A DNA stretch of 64,000 nucleotides from assembly GCF_009914755.1 (NCBI RefSeq), contig NC_060928.1; one strand, written 5' to 3'. Source of the stretch: the human T2T-CHM13v2.0 reference genome, Homo sapiens. The notes under the pieces were generated by a model. It saw nothing but the letters and a program-made list of their open reading frames with translations. It was not told where the DNA came from and did not search any database. Numbering within the stretch: position 1 is the stretch's first letter; the number at the start of each line of letters is the position of its first letter. The translations under genes and the position numbers were made by a program. Below are positions 62,748-64,000 of this stretch, piece by piece.

Positions 62748-63243
62748 CCACACAGAGAAAAATGTATAATAAAGTTTATCACAGCCCTCTTTGTCAAGGA
62801 GAACAATTTAAAACAACAGAATGTCCACTTATACACTAATGGATAAAAAATAAGGGCAAAAGACATATAATGGTTATACAGGTGTTAAAACCAGTGACTC
62901 AGACATATGAATATCAAAGTTGATAAATATTAAAAACATATTGAGTGAAAGAAAGAAATTGTAGGATATTCGACAGTTTTCTATCTGATATGTAAGAATA
63001 ATGAATACACAACAAAACATAGTGTTTAATACATATGAAATAAAATATACAAATATGCAGTGTTACCTGCACATCAGTTTTAGGTTAGAGGTTATCTCTA
63101 AAGTGGGAAAGGGAAGAATGAGATCAGGAGTAAAGAAATCCTTTGAATATATTTATAATATTTTTCTTATTTAAAGGAGAGGAGATTTGGAGCAAATGTG
63201 TTGAAATGTTAACATCTGATACAGTTGAATGGTCAGTATAGCG

Positions 63244-63466
63244 CAGAGTTTCTCAACACCTGCACTACTGGTATTTGGCACAGGATTCTTTGCTGTGTGG
63301 AGCTGTCCTAGGCATTGCAGATCATTTTGATGTTTATCAGTTTGCCTGGCCTGTGTCCACTAGATGCCAGTAGCAAACCTTCCCCTCACCCCCAGTTATG
63401 ACAATCAAAAATGTTGCCAAACGTTTTGTTCTGTGGATAAAAATCAACTCCGGTTTAGAACTACTG
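63244..63466 (+). mobile_element. MER20
   Basis: cagagtttctcaac...ctagatgccagtagca...ttagaactactg; TSD approx gtatagcg/gtgtagag. Confidence 0.88.
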
Positions 63467-64000
63467 GTGTAGAGTATTCATTATATGTTTCTGTTTGTCT
63501 TTGCACATATTTAAAATATATTATTGTATATTGTGATAAAATAAAAATGTATTTCTTGCATACTAAGTTTTAATAAAAAATAAAGGTAATTATCAACATA
63601 TAAACATATATAATATAAAGTATGCCATGTCATAAATTCAAGATATAAAAAATACTTACATAATAAAGAAAATTTGCAACTAACTTTGAGCTGTTTAAGA
63701 TAGGCTACACTAAAGAAAAAATGTGTTGGTTTCACCTTTAAAGATGTGTAGTATTTTATAAGTTTGAGAAGTGTGGAATACCATTATAAGCAGGAACGGC
63801 AAGGGAGCAGAAGCTACATAATTATTTTACAGAATAATGAATTCTTCTGTGAAACTGAAACATAGAGTCTCAAATTTTCATGCCTTCAATGGCAATAGCA
63901 TATGTGTGTAGAGCAAATGGTTGTAAGAAATTTTAGAACAGTGCGGCCTACAACAGATTGGAGAGGGCACCGAGCAGACCATGCAAAACAAGTTTGAGGG

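Noticed and set aside
63780-64000. Unique, slightly CpG-containing sequence at the window end
   Set aside because: No supportable ORF, splice pair or repeat identity; truncated by the window edge

Overview
Primate (human-like; AluY present) AT-rich, repeat-dense intergenic or intronic DNA. No credible protein-coding gene, tRNA, rRNA or CRISPR array is visible. The ORF track is explained by Alu, L1, THE1 internal and low-complexity sequence. The window is a mosaic of old L1, L2 and MIR fragments, about 20 Alu elements, MaLR LTRs (two LTR-internal-LTR THE1 elements, plus solo THE1, MSTA and MLT1), ERV solo LTRs (MER52/LTR1 group, LTR22, MER67, LTR47) and DNA transposons (Tigger2a, MER5A, MER1A, MER20). 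Subfamily names come from recalled consensus sequences, not from a RepeatMasker run. The main highlight is a TSD-bounded solo LTR at 31942-32983. It is anomalously CpG-rich and carries tandem CCGGAA-like motifs, YY1-like sites, a TATA-like box and a splice donor, so it is a candidate co-opted lncRNA promoter/first exon, with candidate downstream exons. Other highlights are a ~145 bp templated insertion copied from 2.6 kb away into an AluJ, a twin-primed inverted L1, a four-layer nested L1>Tigger2a>THE1>AluY stack, and several template-switch hairpins.
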